This document shows positions 1 to 10,090 of a DNA stretch of 64,000 nucleotides, in pieces (positions within the stretch are counted from its first letter, which is position 1; each line of letters opens with the position of its first letter). Source of the stretch: Octopus bimaculoides (lineage: Eukaryota); the NCBI RefSeq assembly GCF_001194135.2, contig NC_068982.1, positions 93,361,557 to 93,425,556 of the forward strand, given 5' to 3'. The notes beneath the pieces were generated by a model. That model ran no database searches. It had not been told where the DNA came from and saw nothing but the letters and a program-made list of their open reading frames with translations. The translations under genes were made by a program, and so were the position numbers.

Positions 1-194
1 TTTCCAAGGTTATTGAATTAATAAAACCAATTTACATATTCATTTGCATTTGTACATGTACCGAGATGCAATTCGAAAAGTCCGCCACTTACATAGATAT
101 ATAGGGATAAACAATCTTCTATATGCTATGATGGATACACGAGGTGTTCGTTTGGTATGTTGATTTTCTGTTTATTTCTATGTATCTTGACCAT

Positions 195-255
195 ATTATA
201 CTGACGAGTAGAAGTTGCATAATACTGCAATAACTACGAAATCATGATCTATAAT
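195..255 (+). ncRNA. Type I minimal hammerhead ribozyme, consensus-complete
   Basis: Stem I ATTATA(195-200)/TATAAT(250-255); CTGACGA 201-207; stem II GTAG/CTAC with TTGCA/TGCAA extension; GAAA 238-241; palindromic TCATGA; AUC cleavage triplet (cut after 249). Confidence 0.9.
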
Positions 256-520
256 TTAGTCTGTTTTTAAGGAGCTAGCTTTGAGAGTTGCATTTCCTCG
301 CGTTCGGTAAAAATGTGTTTATTATGGTGGTTTGACCTTAGAGTCCCTCTTAGCGTGAGGCATTCACGTATAGTAATGCCCTTATATAAATAAATATATT
401 TTGGGGAATAAATGATGGATTTTTCCCTTAGGAGGTTTTTTTCACGCTAGCTACTTGATAAATTCTTCTAAAAGAATTCATCCTATAATTGAATTAAGTA
501 TATATAATATATATATATAT

Positions 521-701
521 AAAAATATGTGACGCTTATTCAGTAGCCATGATAAAACTCCGAGTTTCGGATGCCAGGGTGAAAAAAATTCACAAGAATT
601 TTCAATTGGCCGGATAACTGAAGGGATGTTGGCGTGGGCTCCCACCCTGGCATCCGAAACTCGGAGTTTTATCATGGCTATTGAATAAGTGTCATATTTT
701 T
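521..701. repeat. Inverted repeat, ~60-bp arms (521-581 / 643-701)
   Basis: 544-581 is a perfect 38-bp reverse complement of 643-680, and the match extends with few differences to 521/701. Confidence 0.9.
613..673 (+). ncRNA. Type I hammerhead ribozyme lacking core A9
   Basis: Stem I GATAA/TTATC; CTGAAG (A9 missing) 618-623; stem II GGATG/CATCC with extension; GAAA 656-659; CTCGGAG; GUU triplet. Confidence 0.7.
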
Positions 702-1142
702 ACAGATAAATTCCTCTATTTGCATAATATCGAGGTCGCTTTCTTTCTTTTGTTCTCCTTCCTGTCAAATATATATATATATATATATCAATCTTTAGTC
801 AAATATAAATTTATATTGAGTGCTCTAGTGTATTAAAATATTAATACTATTAAAGTATTTATATATTTAATACAAGCGATTATATATATTTTATATAATA
901 TATCATTATTAACATCAGGAAATCAATATTAGAAAATCGTTCAGAAAGATATATACGTGTGTAAAATAATTGTTGTATTAAAAATATAAATATATATAGA
1001 TATAATTATTACAAATTAAAAGGGTAAAGGTTTATCAATTTATTAATTTATTAATAAATCAACAATTAATAATTTTTACCAAGCCCTTCGGTATGTAAGC
1101 ACCATTATCGGTGGAGAACTTATTTAAAAGTTCATATACATT

Positions 1143-1260
1143 TATAAACATAATTAAGGGATCAGCAAACATTTGCTTCACCACATACCGAAGTTCAGAA
1201 ATAGCAGCTAAAAAAGCTGAGACTCCAAAAATGTTTGCTGATCCCTTAATTATGTTTATA
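1143..1260. repeat. Perfect 32-bp inverted repeat (1143-1174 / 1229-1260), 54-nt spacer
   Basis: TATAAACATAATTAAGGGATCAGCAAACATTT and its exact reverse complement. Confidence 0.9.
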
Positions 1261-1337
1261 TATAGATATATGTAAATATGTATAAGTATAAATATATAAT
1301 AATGACTTTTTAAAAGTTTCGAATTAAGTTTTTAAAG

Positions 1338-1429
1338 CATCTTACGATCGTTTCGCAGAAGTGCTGTCCTTGTAATGGAATTCTATATTGATAAGCGTTT
1401 ATAGGCAACTCTTCTGCTCTTCAGAGATA
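1338..1429 (-). ncRNA. Type I hammerhead ribozyme with long stem II, consensus-complete
   Basis: Minus strand reads UAUCU CUGAAGA GCAGAAG [49 nt] CUUCUGC GAAA CGAUCG UA AGAUG; palindromic stem III; GUA triplet (cut between 1343 and 1342). Confidence 0.9.
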
Positions 1430-1629
1430 TAAAATGTGAAATTTGTATAATTTATCGAATGGTAGCTTTTTTTTAGAAATATGGAGTAATATAGGAAAAT
1501 GGTGTTTGTTTGAAATATAAAATAGAATTAAAAATTACTGCTTTTGATTTTGGTAAGTACACTTTAGTATAAGAGTCTTTAAATCCATATGTGCTTCCTT
1601 GGTAATTCTTCAGTAATTCATCTGTAATT

Positions 1630-2610
1630 CTCCTGCATGCACCTCGGGCAGGTTCGGCTGGAGGCACTTCTATGCATGAAGAGCTTGTCTTGAGCAGGTA
1701 ATGCCCTCTGTAGCTCCAAAGAAATTGTCCATGATCTTCGACCCAAAAGTCCGAAATAGACCACTCACACTATCTCGTCGGTGCTCAGAGTCAATCTTAG
1801 GCCATTGTCATGCATACCCTCAACTAACCCCCTATAGAAATCTTGGGTTGTTTTCCGCTAACGGTTTTGTCCAGTTGGTAGAACGCAGTGAGCGTCTGGC
1901 CACATTCTAGATTCCAAACGTCCAATTTTGATCTCGGTCTGACCTACATCAATGAAAACTCTTGTTTTCGTCGCCGTCGTTCACACCCTCACAATAATTT
2001 AAATATTTCTGTAGGTGCGTCAGCCTGAACGCGTGGTGCTGCATCATCACGGATGGCATCCCAAGATCACCACAGAGTAGGTGTTAATCGCAAATGGACT
2101 TTCTGACCAGCAGAATCCCTGACCCTTCCATAAGAATCGAAAAAACAAGCACTCCAATCTGGTCAGAATTTTATTGGAACAAGATACGACGGCTAGACGG
2201 TAGTACACTACCGAGGCGATGTATGCATTCGCTACTTCTGCCTGGCCTATCAGAGATAGCTTCCTTTCTGCCCATTTCTGGGTGACCTTGGGTATCCTGA
2301 CCATCACCTCATCCCAGTTGCTAAATATCTAGCGGTTTGATCCAAACCAGACTCCGAACACTTTCACCGGACCCTCTGTCCAGCGACAGAAATTGCCACT
2401 AGTCAACATTGACTTGCCCCTCCAAGAGCTTAGTTACAGACTCACTGGTTTGTCATAGTTTATGTGTGACCCTATATACACCTGATATCCTTTCAGTATT
2501 GTGCCAATCGTTTCGAACTCCGAAGATCCCGAAACCATAACAGTGAAGTCGTCCGTGTATGCAGACACAGCTCTCCTGTGGCCTGGGGCTAGCGGGATAT
2601 CCCTCTACAT
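1630..2610 (-). mobile_element. L1/Tx1-clade LINE relic (RT motif 5 to C-terminal region)
   Basis: Minus-strand SAYTDDFTV (YTDD at 2548-2559), WTEGPVKVFGVWFG and WAERKLSLIGQAEVANAYIASVVYYRL...FFRFLWKG; stops and frameshifts present. Confidence 0.85.
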
Positions 2611-2617
2611 TCTGAGT

Positions 2618-2740
2618 TAAATTCCACCGAAGTCGACTTTGCCTTTCATCCCTTTCGGGGTCGATAAAATAAGTACCAATAGAGCACTTATCCCCTTCCC
2701 CATAATTGTTGGCCTTGTGGCAAAAATTGAAACCAATATT
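2618..2740 (+). mobile_element. SINE family A, 5'-truncated copy
   Basis: TTCTGAGTTAAATTCCACCGAAGTCGACTTTGCCTTTCATCCCTTTCGGGGTCGATAAAATAAGTACC matches about 20 other copies in the window. Confidence 0.75.
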
Positions 2741-2814
2741 TATAATGCTGCTAGCAGTGACTGCGAAGTTTTATCACTGACGGCTTTTTCAAACTCAATA
2801 AGTGACCACCGGCT

Positions 2815-3063
2815 AAATCATGCATATGTATATATGAATGTCTGTATGTATGTATGTGTATGTGCGTGCGTATTTTCTCTCTCTCTCTCTCTCCCCCCTC
2901 TCTCTCTCTCTCTCCATTTCTATATCTCCTTCCCACTCTCTCATATTACACGAAAGTTCGCCAAGTTCTTTTAGAAAGGTTTGATGCTTTCCCGTCCGGT
3001 TGGCATTTGCCAACTTTTAACACTGATGCAAATTTCAGGCGCACGCTCATATATATTCATAAA

Positions 3064-3138
<75 letters not shown>

Positions 3139-3315
3139 ATATGCACAAAACATATATTTTCTTTTCTTTCCTTCTTTCTTTTTACGCACATTCACGAATT
3201 TACATTCACTGATCGCATTTCCAAGCACAAAAATGCACACATGCACAACACAAGCACGCCTCACACGATCACAAACATGCGCTCATGTATGTATGTATGT
3301 ACGTACGTATGTATG

Positions 3316-3348
<33 letters not shown>

Positions 3349-4025
3349 GGGTCTGTCTGTCTGTCTGTATGTATGTATGTATGTATGTATGCATGTATGG
3401 ATTTATGGATTTACGAGTGTATATGCATGTTGTATACATATATAAATACGTGTGTATATGTATATATGCTTGTACGAGTGTATGTATATAAAATATGTTC
3501 GTACTCATAAACACACATTCACACGTTCATATGTCGTACAAGCACTTATACATATAATTGTAGACAAGACAGAACAACAATGAGAGAGAGGAAGAAAGAG
3601 AGAGAGAGACAGAGAGAGAAGGGTGTAAGAGAAAGTGAGTGAGAAGGAGAAAGTATGACAGAAAACTTCTCGTGTCGCATTTTGCAGTTAATTCTCTCCA
3701 CATTTTTCCTTAGCTTTGTCCTTTAATAGGATTGTCACTTACAAAAGCGCCAAATAAACGTACACGCATACATAGGTATATTAATGTGTGTGTGTGTGAG
3801 TGGTGTGTCTGTGTGAGTTGATTTGCGTGTGATGATGCGTGTGTGTGTGGTTCGTGTGTTTATGTATGCAGATAGATAAGTATATAAATATATGTTTGTA
3901 TATATATACATGTATGCGTGCGGGGTAGAATGGATGGATGGATGGATGGATGGATGGATGGACGGACGGACGGACGGACGGTTGGATGGATGGTGGATGG
4001 ATGTGTTCATGCGTGCGTCTGTCTG
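2815..4025. repeat. Compound microsatellite field (TATG, CT, CA, GA, GGAT, GGAC)
   Basis: Directly visible simple repeats. Similar tracts recur throughout the window and flank nearly all N-gaps. Confidence 0.95.
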
Positions 4026-4264
4026 TGTTTGTTTCCCCACTGCTTGATTGTAACATAGCGGCCCGGCAATTAAAAAAAAAACTGACACAGTAAGTGCGTG
4101 GCTTAAAACAAGTTCTGGGGTCGATCTGTTCGTATGCACATTCCAAATCGGTGCCTCAGAGTATGGTCGCAGTCCAGTGACTGAAGGAAGTAAAATGTGC
4201 GTGTGTGCGTACAAATGTAGGTATATCAAATATCATACAAAATATATTTCTGATTTATCTCTGT

Positions 4265-4685
4265 CTCTAAAGGATGTGTCACAGCTACCAAATGACAACT
4301 GAGAGCAGCGCCATAGACGGAGGGGAGATAATCTCAAGAAACAGGAGCTAATTTGACAAATCATTAAGGAATAGAATTAGAGAGGACAGTCTTGGACATG
4401 TGTTTCTGCAGCAACAGGTATCATCAGTACGACAATTGTTCTAACCTACCCCCGGAAGTCAAGGTGCATAGATATATACAAAAAGAGTAGAACACATTTA
4501 TGGCTTAGGCAATTTGCATAAATAAAATGAACTGAGAGAAATAATTTAGACGAGCCAGTGACACGTATATGAACAGCATAGACAAATAAAATACAGGTGT
4601 ATCAAACACGATACAACGTAAATCCTTCATTTATTAAACCACTTTACACTTCCAGAAGATGTGTTACAATTACCAAATAGCAATA
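4265..4685 (-). mobile_element. Penelope-like terminal-repeat relic with a degenerate hammerhead (4389-4433)
   Basis: Imperfect direct repeat GATGTGTCACAGCTACCAAAT (~4273) / GATGTGTTACAATTACCAAAT (~4658); minus-strand CTGATGA...GAAA CACATG TC core with mismatched stems. Confidence 0.5.
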
Positions 4686-4699
4686 ATTTTTGAAATTAA

Positions 4700-4908
4700 A
4701 GCGACGACCTGGCAGAATCGTCAGCACGCCGGGCAAAATGCTTCGTGGAATTTCGTTTTTACGTTCTGAGTTCAAATTACACCGCGGTCGACTTTGTCTT
4801 TCATCCTTCTCGGGTCGATAAAATAAATATCAATTGAACACTGGGGTCGATGTTAATCGACTTAACCCCTCCCCCGAAGTTGTTGGTCTTGTGTCAAAAT
4901 TTTAAATC
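4700..4908 (+). mobile_element. SINE family A, near full length
   Basis: Head GGCAGAATCGTCAGCACGCCGGGCAAAATGC, body GAGTTCAAAT...GGTCGACTTTG, 3' CCCCTCCCCC...CAAAATTT. Confidence 0.8.
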
Positions 4909-5420
4909 AGTAATATATGAAAATATGTATGTATGTGTGCGTATGNNNNNNNNNNNNNNNNNNNNNNNNNNNNNNNNNNNNNNNNNNNNNNNNNNNNNNN
5001 NNNNNNNNNNNNNNNNNNNNNNNNNNNNNNNNNNNNNNNNNNNNNNNNNNNNNNNNNNNNNNNNNNNNNNNNNNNNNNNNNNNNNNNNNNNNNNNNNNNN
5101 NNNNNNNNNNNNNNNNNNNNNNNNNNNNNNNNNNNNNNNNNNNNNNNNNNNNNNNNNNNNNNNNNNNNNNNNNNNNNNNNNNNNNNNNNNNNNNNNNNNN
5201 NNNNNNNNNNNNNNNNNNNNNNNNNNNNNNNNNNNNNNNNNNNNNNNNNNNNNNNNNNNNNNNNNNNNNNNNNNNNNNNNNNNNNNNNNNNNNNNNNNNN
5301 NNNNNNNNNNNNNNNNNNNNNNNNNNNNNNNNNNNNNNNNNNNNNNNNNNNNNNNNNNNNNNNNNNNNNNNNNNNNNNNNNNNNNNNNNNNNNNNNNNNN
5401 NNNNNNNNNNNNNNNNNNNN

Positions 5421-5466
<46 letters not shown>

Positions 5467-6135
5467 TGCGTGTGTGTAATGAGTTGAGACATAAAACGCC
5501 AAAACACCACAGAGCAACAGGTTCATTCATACACACGCACATATACATAGATACACACACACACACACACACACATTTATACATACATACATACATTTTT
5601 GTATGTATCTACGTATATATATGTATGTGCACATTCATATACTCAAAACAAAAGCGCACATGTTTGACACTCTGGAGGGAAACGCCAAACTATTATTCAT
5701 TATTTTTTTCCCATTCTTAACAGTCTTCTTTAACAACCACCCGACAACCACCAACACCAGCACCACCACCCGACTGCCGCCGCCGCCACCAACATCAACA
5801 ACAGCAACAACATCAGAGGCGGTGCTATCATATCACCATCACCGTCATTATCACTACCGTCATCAGCAACACCCTTTACCATTCACCAGTATCTCACCGT
5901 CAGCGCCACCACTACCAACGTCACCATCTCAGTGCAAACTTCCCCGCCATCGCACGCACCCAACACCCTTCCTCAATTGCTCACCCGCTTCAACTTTCAT
6001 GAAGAACTTTCACCCTCTTCAACACTCACAAACAGATACACATACACACACACGCTCGCTCATACACAATCTGTATGAGTATGAGTGTGTGTGTGCGAGT
6101 GTCACACATGTACATATGCATGTGCTTGTGTGTGA

Positions 6136-6186
<51 letters not shown>

Positions 6187-7274
6187 CACATGCACATATG
6201 TATAAAGATATATTTCTATATATGTGTATATATACACATATATGTACGTGTACACACACGTACACGCATACATATATATGTGTACATATGTATGTATACG
6301 TATGTGTGGTTGTGTATGTGTCTATGTACGCCCATGTTTCTACCTTAAGTGAGACGTTTCTTGCCTTCTCTCGCGCTCTTCTTTTCTTTCCTTCCTGCCT
6401 CTCTTCATTTATGAAAGCTCGGCCGCTACTATTGCCATCGTAAGAAAGCCGTCTAGACAAAAAAAAAATTTTTCTTGGCTTCTTCCCATAATTATGTTGT
6501 CTATTTTGCTATTCATGGAGATATACTGAGAGGAGTTTAAAGCGGGTGAGGGTAAGAGATAAATAAAACGAGACATAAAGAGGAAGAGAAGTAGTGGAAG
6601 GAGGAGGCAGAAGAGGAAAAGAAAGAGGAAGATGCTAGCTTTGTCTTCTTTGAGAAGTTGATCGCACGGCGCCGGCCCAAGTCCTCTCTCTCTTCTTCTT
6701 TCTTTCTCTCTCATTCCAATTATGACTACTACATTTTTTAAGAAGCCACCTTTTATTGTGTTCAATACTTACCAGTGCGGACAAGTTCCTCTGCCAGATA
6801 CTAGTTGATACCAACCACTTCGGTTTCGACACACCAAGGTAAGTGTGTTTAAACACCCCTTTTTATAATTTTTTTCGGGACAGCAGAACCATTCTTTCTT
6901 TCTGTCTTTTCTTTCTTACTTCCTTTTTTCTTGGTATTCCCAGCCGTGTTTGCAACAAGTTGAATTTTCTTTTTCTTTTCACACATTTCCTGTCATATGT
7001 GATTAACTGGCCGTGTGTACAACCATGTAATCCGATTGATAAACGACCACAATAGTGAATATCGTTACTTGCCACGAGGACGACAAGCTACCAAACAATC
7101 AGAACAAACATACAAACGAAATAATAAATTATCATACTCTGGTTTGTAGAGTGTCGTGTGTACGTAGTGTGTGTGAGCGCACGCATTTCAATAACTAAAA
7201 TATATTTATGGGGTCAACCCTTTACACAAAAAGCTACAGCCACTCAAAAAAAAAAAATCGAGGTACGTCATAAT

Positions 7275-7475
7275 AATTCATTCAAATTTTGACTCAGGTC
7301 CAGCTATTTTAAGAGTAAGATTACTCAATTGCATCGATCCCAAGTACTCAGCTGGTACATTATTTTATCGACCCCAAAGGATGAAAGGCAAAAATCGACC
7401 TCGGCGAAAGTTGAACTCACGAAATGCCACTTAGTATTTTGTCCGACCCTGCTAACGAATCTGCCAGCTGCCACT
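7275..7475 (-). mobile_element. SINE family A
   Basis: Reverse complement of the family A body (TTATCGACCCCAAAGGATGAAAGGCAAAAATCGACCTCGGCG). Confidence 0.75.
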
Positions 7476-7532
7476 TTCTTACATGAACACAAAACCACGT
7501 ATTTGAAAATCGTCTCAGTACTTCACTGGTAC

Positions 7533-7915
7533 TTATTACCTCCGTCGCCTTAACGAAGACGGAGGTATTGTTTTCATTCGTGTTTGTTTGTTTGTTCGTC
7601 CGTGGACAAGATATCTCAAGAACCGCTGGATGGATTCGGATGAAACTTCCAGGGATGTTTGACCTCGTGACTGGCACAAACTGATTAGATTTGGGGATCG
7701 ATCTGGTATCAGACAAGGATTCTGGATTTTTTTTCTGTTTTTTTTTTTTTACTTAGTTTTTGAGAGCGGTCGGGTTCATTTTTAGTATTCTCGTTTGTGA
7801 GAGTAGTCGAGTTTATTTCAGATATTCTCGTTTTAAAAATCATCTCTGGCTAATCGTTGAGAGGACGTTGGTGCTGCCTTGGCGGAGGTTTGTGCTCTCT
7901 GAGTGCTCTTGTTTT
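7533..7915 (+). mobile_element. Helentron-associated non-autonomous element (HINE/DINE-1-like)
   Basis: 5' ACCTCCGTC(7538-7546)/GACGGAGGT(7558-7566) hairpin, GTTT microsatellite, 3' subterminal GCGGAGGT(7882-7889), 3' stem-loop GTGCTCTCTGAGTGC, T-rich flanks. Confidence 0.7.
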
Positions 7916-8715
7916 TATTGATTCCGTTAAAGATGGGAAAGTTGGAAAGCTATGTCAACTTCAATGGGATGAAAATATAACAAAGATCATACTTTTTATC
8001 TTAACCACAAGGCCATACAGTTTTTTCTTCTCCCCACCTTTTTTGGTGGGGTGGGGAAGAAGAGAGGAAGATAGTTGATTTAATCAAGCCAAGTATTTGA
8101 CCCGATACTTAATATTATCAGTCCCGGAAGTATGGTTGACGAAATCCTCCTCGGCGAAATGAAAATATAATGATATTAAATATAGTATCGAAACGATTTC
8201 GTTAAAGTTATAGTAAGCAGATTGTTGACGTAAGCTCACAACATGTTTAACCCGGGTCAGCCCTGATCAAATAGACATATGATTATAAACAGTGTAACCG
8301 TGACCAACCCGTTCTCTGGGGTCATGTAGGACTACATTATCGAATATGTCCCTATTTAAAACGACAGTAGGTTATTTGAGGTAGGATTCACAGCTATATC
8401 TAACAGGTCGAACTACCACTACGTGGTGTCTCCCCTTAGTTTCTCTCTCTCTCTCTCTCTCTCTCTCTTCCCCTCTCTCCCCATCTCTCTGTCGGTTAAA
8501 CGTGCATAAACAAAACCGATGCTTTTTTTTTGTACACAAGAAATCTCATGGTGTTTGTTAACCGAGAGGTGAATCAGCAAGTTGTCACGTTCATGCCTTT
8601 CTCACGAACATTCTAGTTGACAAGTTTGAAACGTTTGGCAACATGAGAAATAGAACCGGGTGACAGACGTGGTTCGCCGATCACTAAATCTGTCAAGCGA
8701 CAGGCATTGAAATTA

Positions 8716-10090
8716 GCATAGTGGTTAGTGTCGAACAAAAGTGTCATGTGGTATTCACTTATGACCCTTTACGTTTTGAGTTCAAATTTCACCGAGATCA
8801 ATTTTGCTTTTCAGCCCTCGGCGATAGAGAAAATAAAGTACCGGTCAAAGACTTCAATAAACTTAATCGACTAAGCTCTCCCCTCAAATTACTAGCCTTG
8901 TGCCTTAATTAAAAATGGTTATATTAACTATTGCTAAGGCACGTGGCCTCGAATTTGGGGAACACGGAGTCAGTCGATGCTCAGGATTTTGTCACGACAC
9001 GGGTCCGATAATTATTTTCAACACAGACATAATACCTAGAGTTTAGGAAAGAGGGTAAGTAAATTACCCCCCAGTGCTTGACTGGTACTTTATTTTACCA
9101 TGTACATAAGGATAAAAGCCGAAATTGAACATGGCAGGATCTGAACTTGAAATGTAAAGTGACACGATAAATATCGCAAAGCATTTTGTCTGGCCCTCAA
9201 ACGATAGTGTCAATCCACAATCTAAGAAATAATGATTGTACCTTAGGTATAAAGCTGGCATTTTTTTAGCGGAAGAAGTTAGTGGATTACATCGACCCTA
9301 GAACTCGACTGGTACTTATTTTATCGACACCAAAATGATAAAAGGCAAAGTTGACCTTGGTGATATTTGAGCTCAGAGCCTTAAGATACGGGGTGAAGGT
9401 TTGAAGAATTTTTTTTCCCATACTCTTGGAGGCGATTTGGAAGAGTTGTTAGAGTATACGGTTCATTTCCCGGCTCTTTGCCATCTGAATTTAAATCCCA
9501 CCGAGGTCACATTTGCCTTTCACGATTCCGGGATCGATAAATTAAAGTGTTAAGTACTGCCATCGATTTCATTGACTAATTTCTCGCCAGATTCCTTGCT
9601 TCGTGTAGGAGCAATTTAGGAGCAATTAAGGAGAAAGAATTGAGTTGCCGCGGGAGGGGGTTGCTGACAGAATCGCTACCATGCCGGACAATATATTAAG
9701 TGGCATTTCTTCCGGGTTAACGTTCTGAGTTCAAATGCCGCCCACGTCAACTTTGCCTTTTATCTTTTCGGGGTCGTTGAAATAAGAACCAATTGAGCAC
9801 TGGGGTCGAAGTAATCGAGTAGAACCCTCCCACAAAATTTCGGGCTTTGTGCCTATCATAAGAAAGGCTTATTGCCACTATTAACAATATTTCGACGCTA
9901 TATTGGAAAACTCGTTAAAGCGACGGACAAAATGCTTTGCAGTATTTCTTTCGGCACTTTGCATTCTTTATTCAAATTCCAAATATACCACTAACTTTTT
10001 GGAAACAATAAATTAAGTACTAGTCTAATACTGAGATCGATGGTATCGACTAAGATACTCCCTTCACATGTGCTGACATTGCGCCTAAAT
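8716..10090. mobile_element. Cluster of at least six diverged SINE family A copies in mixed orientation
   Basis: + copies at ~8716-8905, 9470-9610, 9650-9865, 9900-10090; - copies at ~9070-9225, 9255-9385. Confidence 0.7.

Larger units (their letters stand above)
1..1625. mobile_element. Cluster of Penelope-like terminal-repeat / retrozyme-like fragments
   Basis: Contains three hammerhead motifs and two long inverted duplications separated by (TA)n tracts. No RT or GIY-YIG sequence is recognisable here, so the Penelope assignment rests on ribozyme type and architecture. Confidence 0.55.

Noticed and set aside
2854-3514. ORFs rich in YI/CV/HT/SL/ER dipeptides here and throughout the window
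   Set aside because: Translations of (TA)n, (TG)n, (CT)n and (TATG)n tracts.
5603-6205. 200-aa Pro/Thr/His-rich ORF, and the Val-rich ORF at 34319-34540
   Set aside because: Degenerate (ACC/CAC)n and (GGT)n trinucleotide repeats with no domain or splice support.
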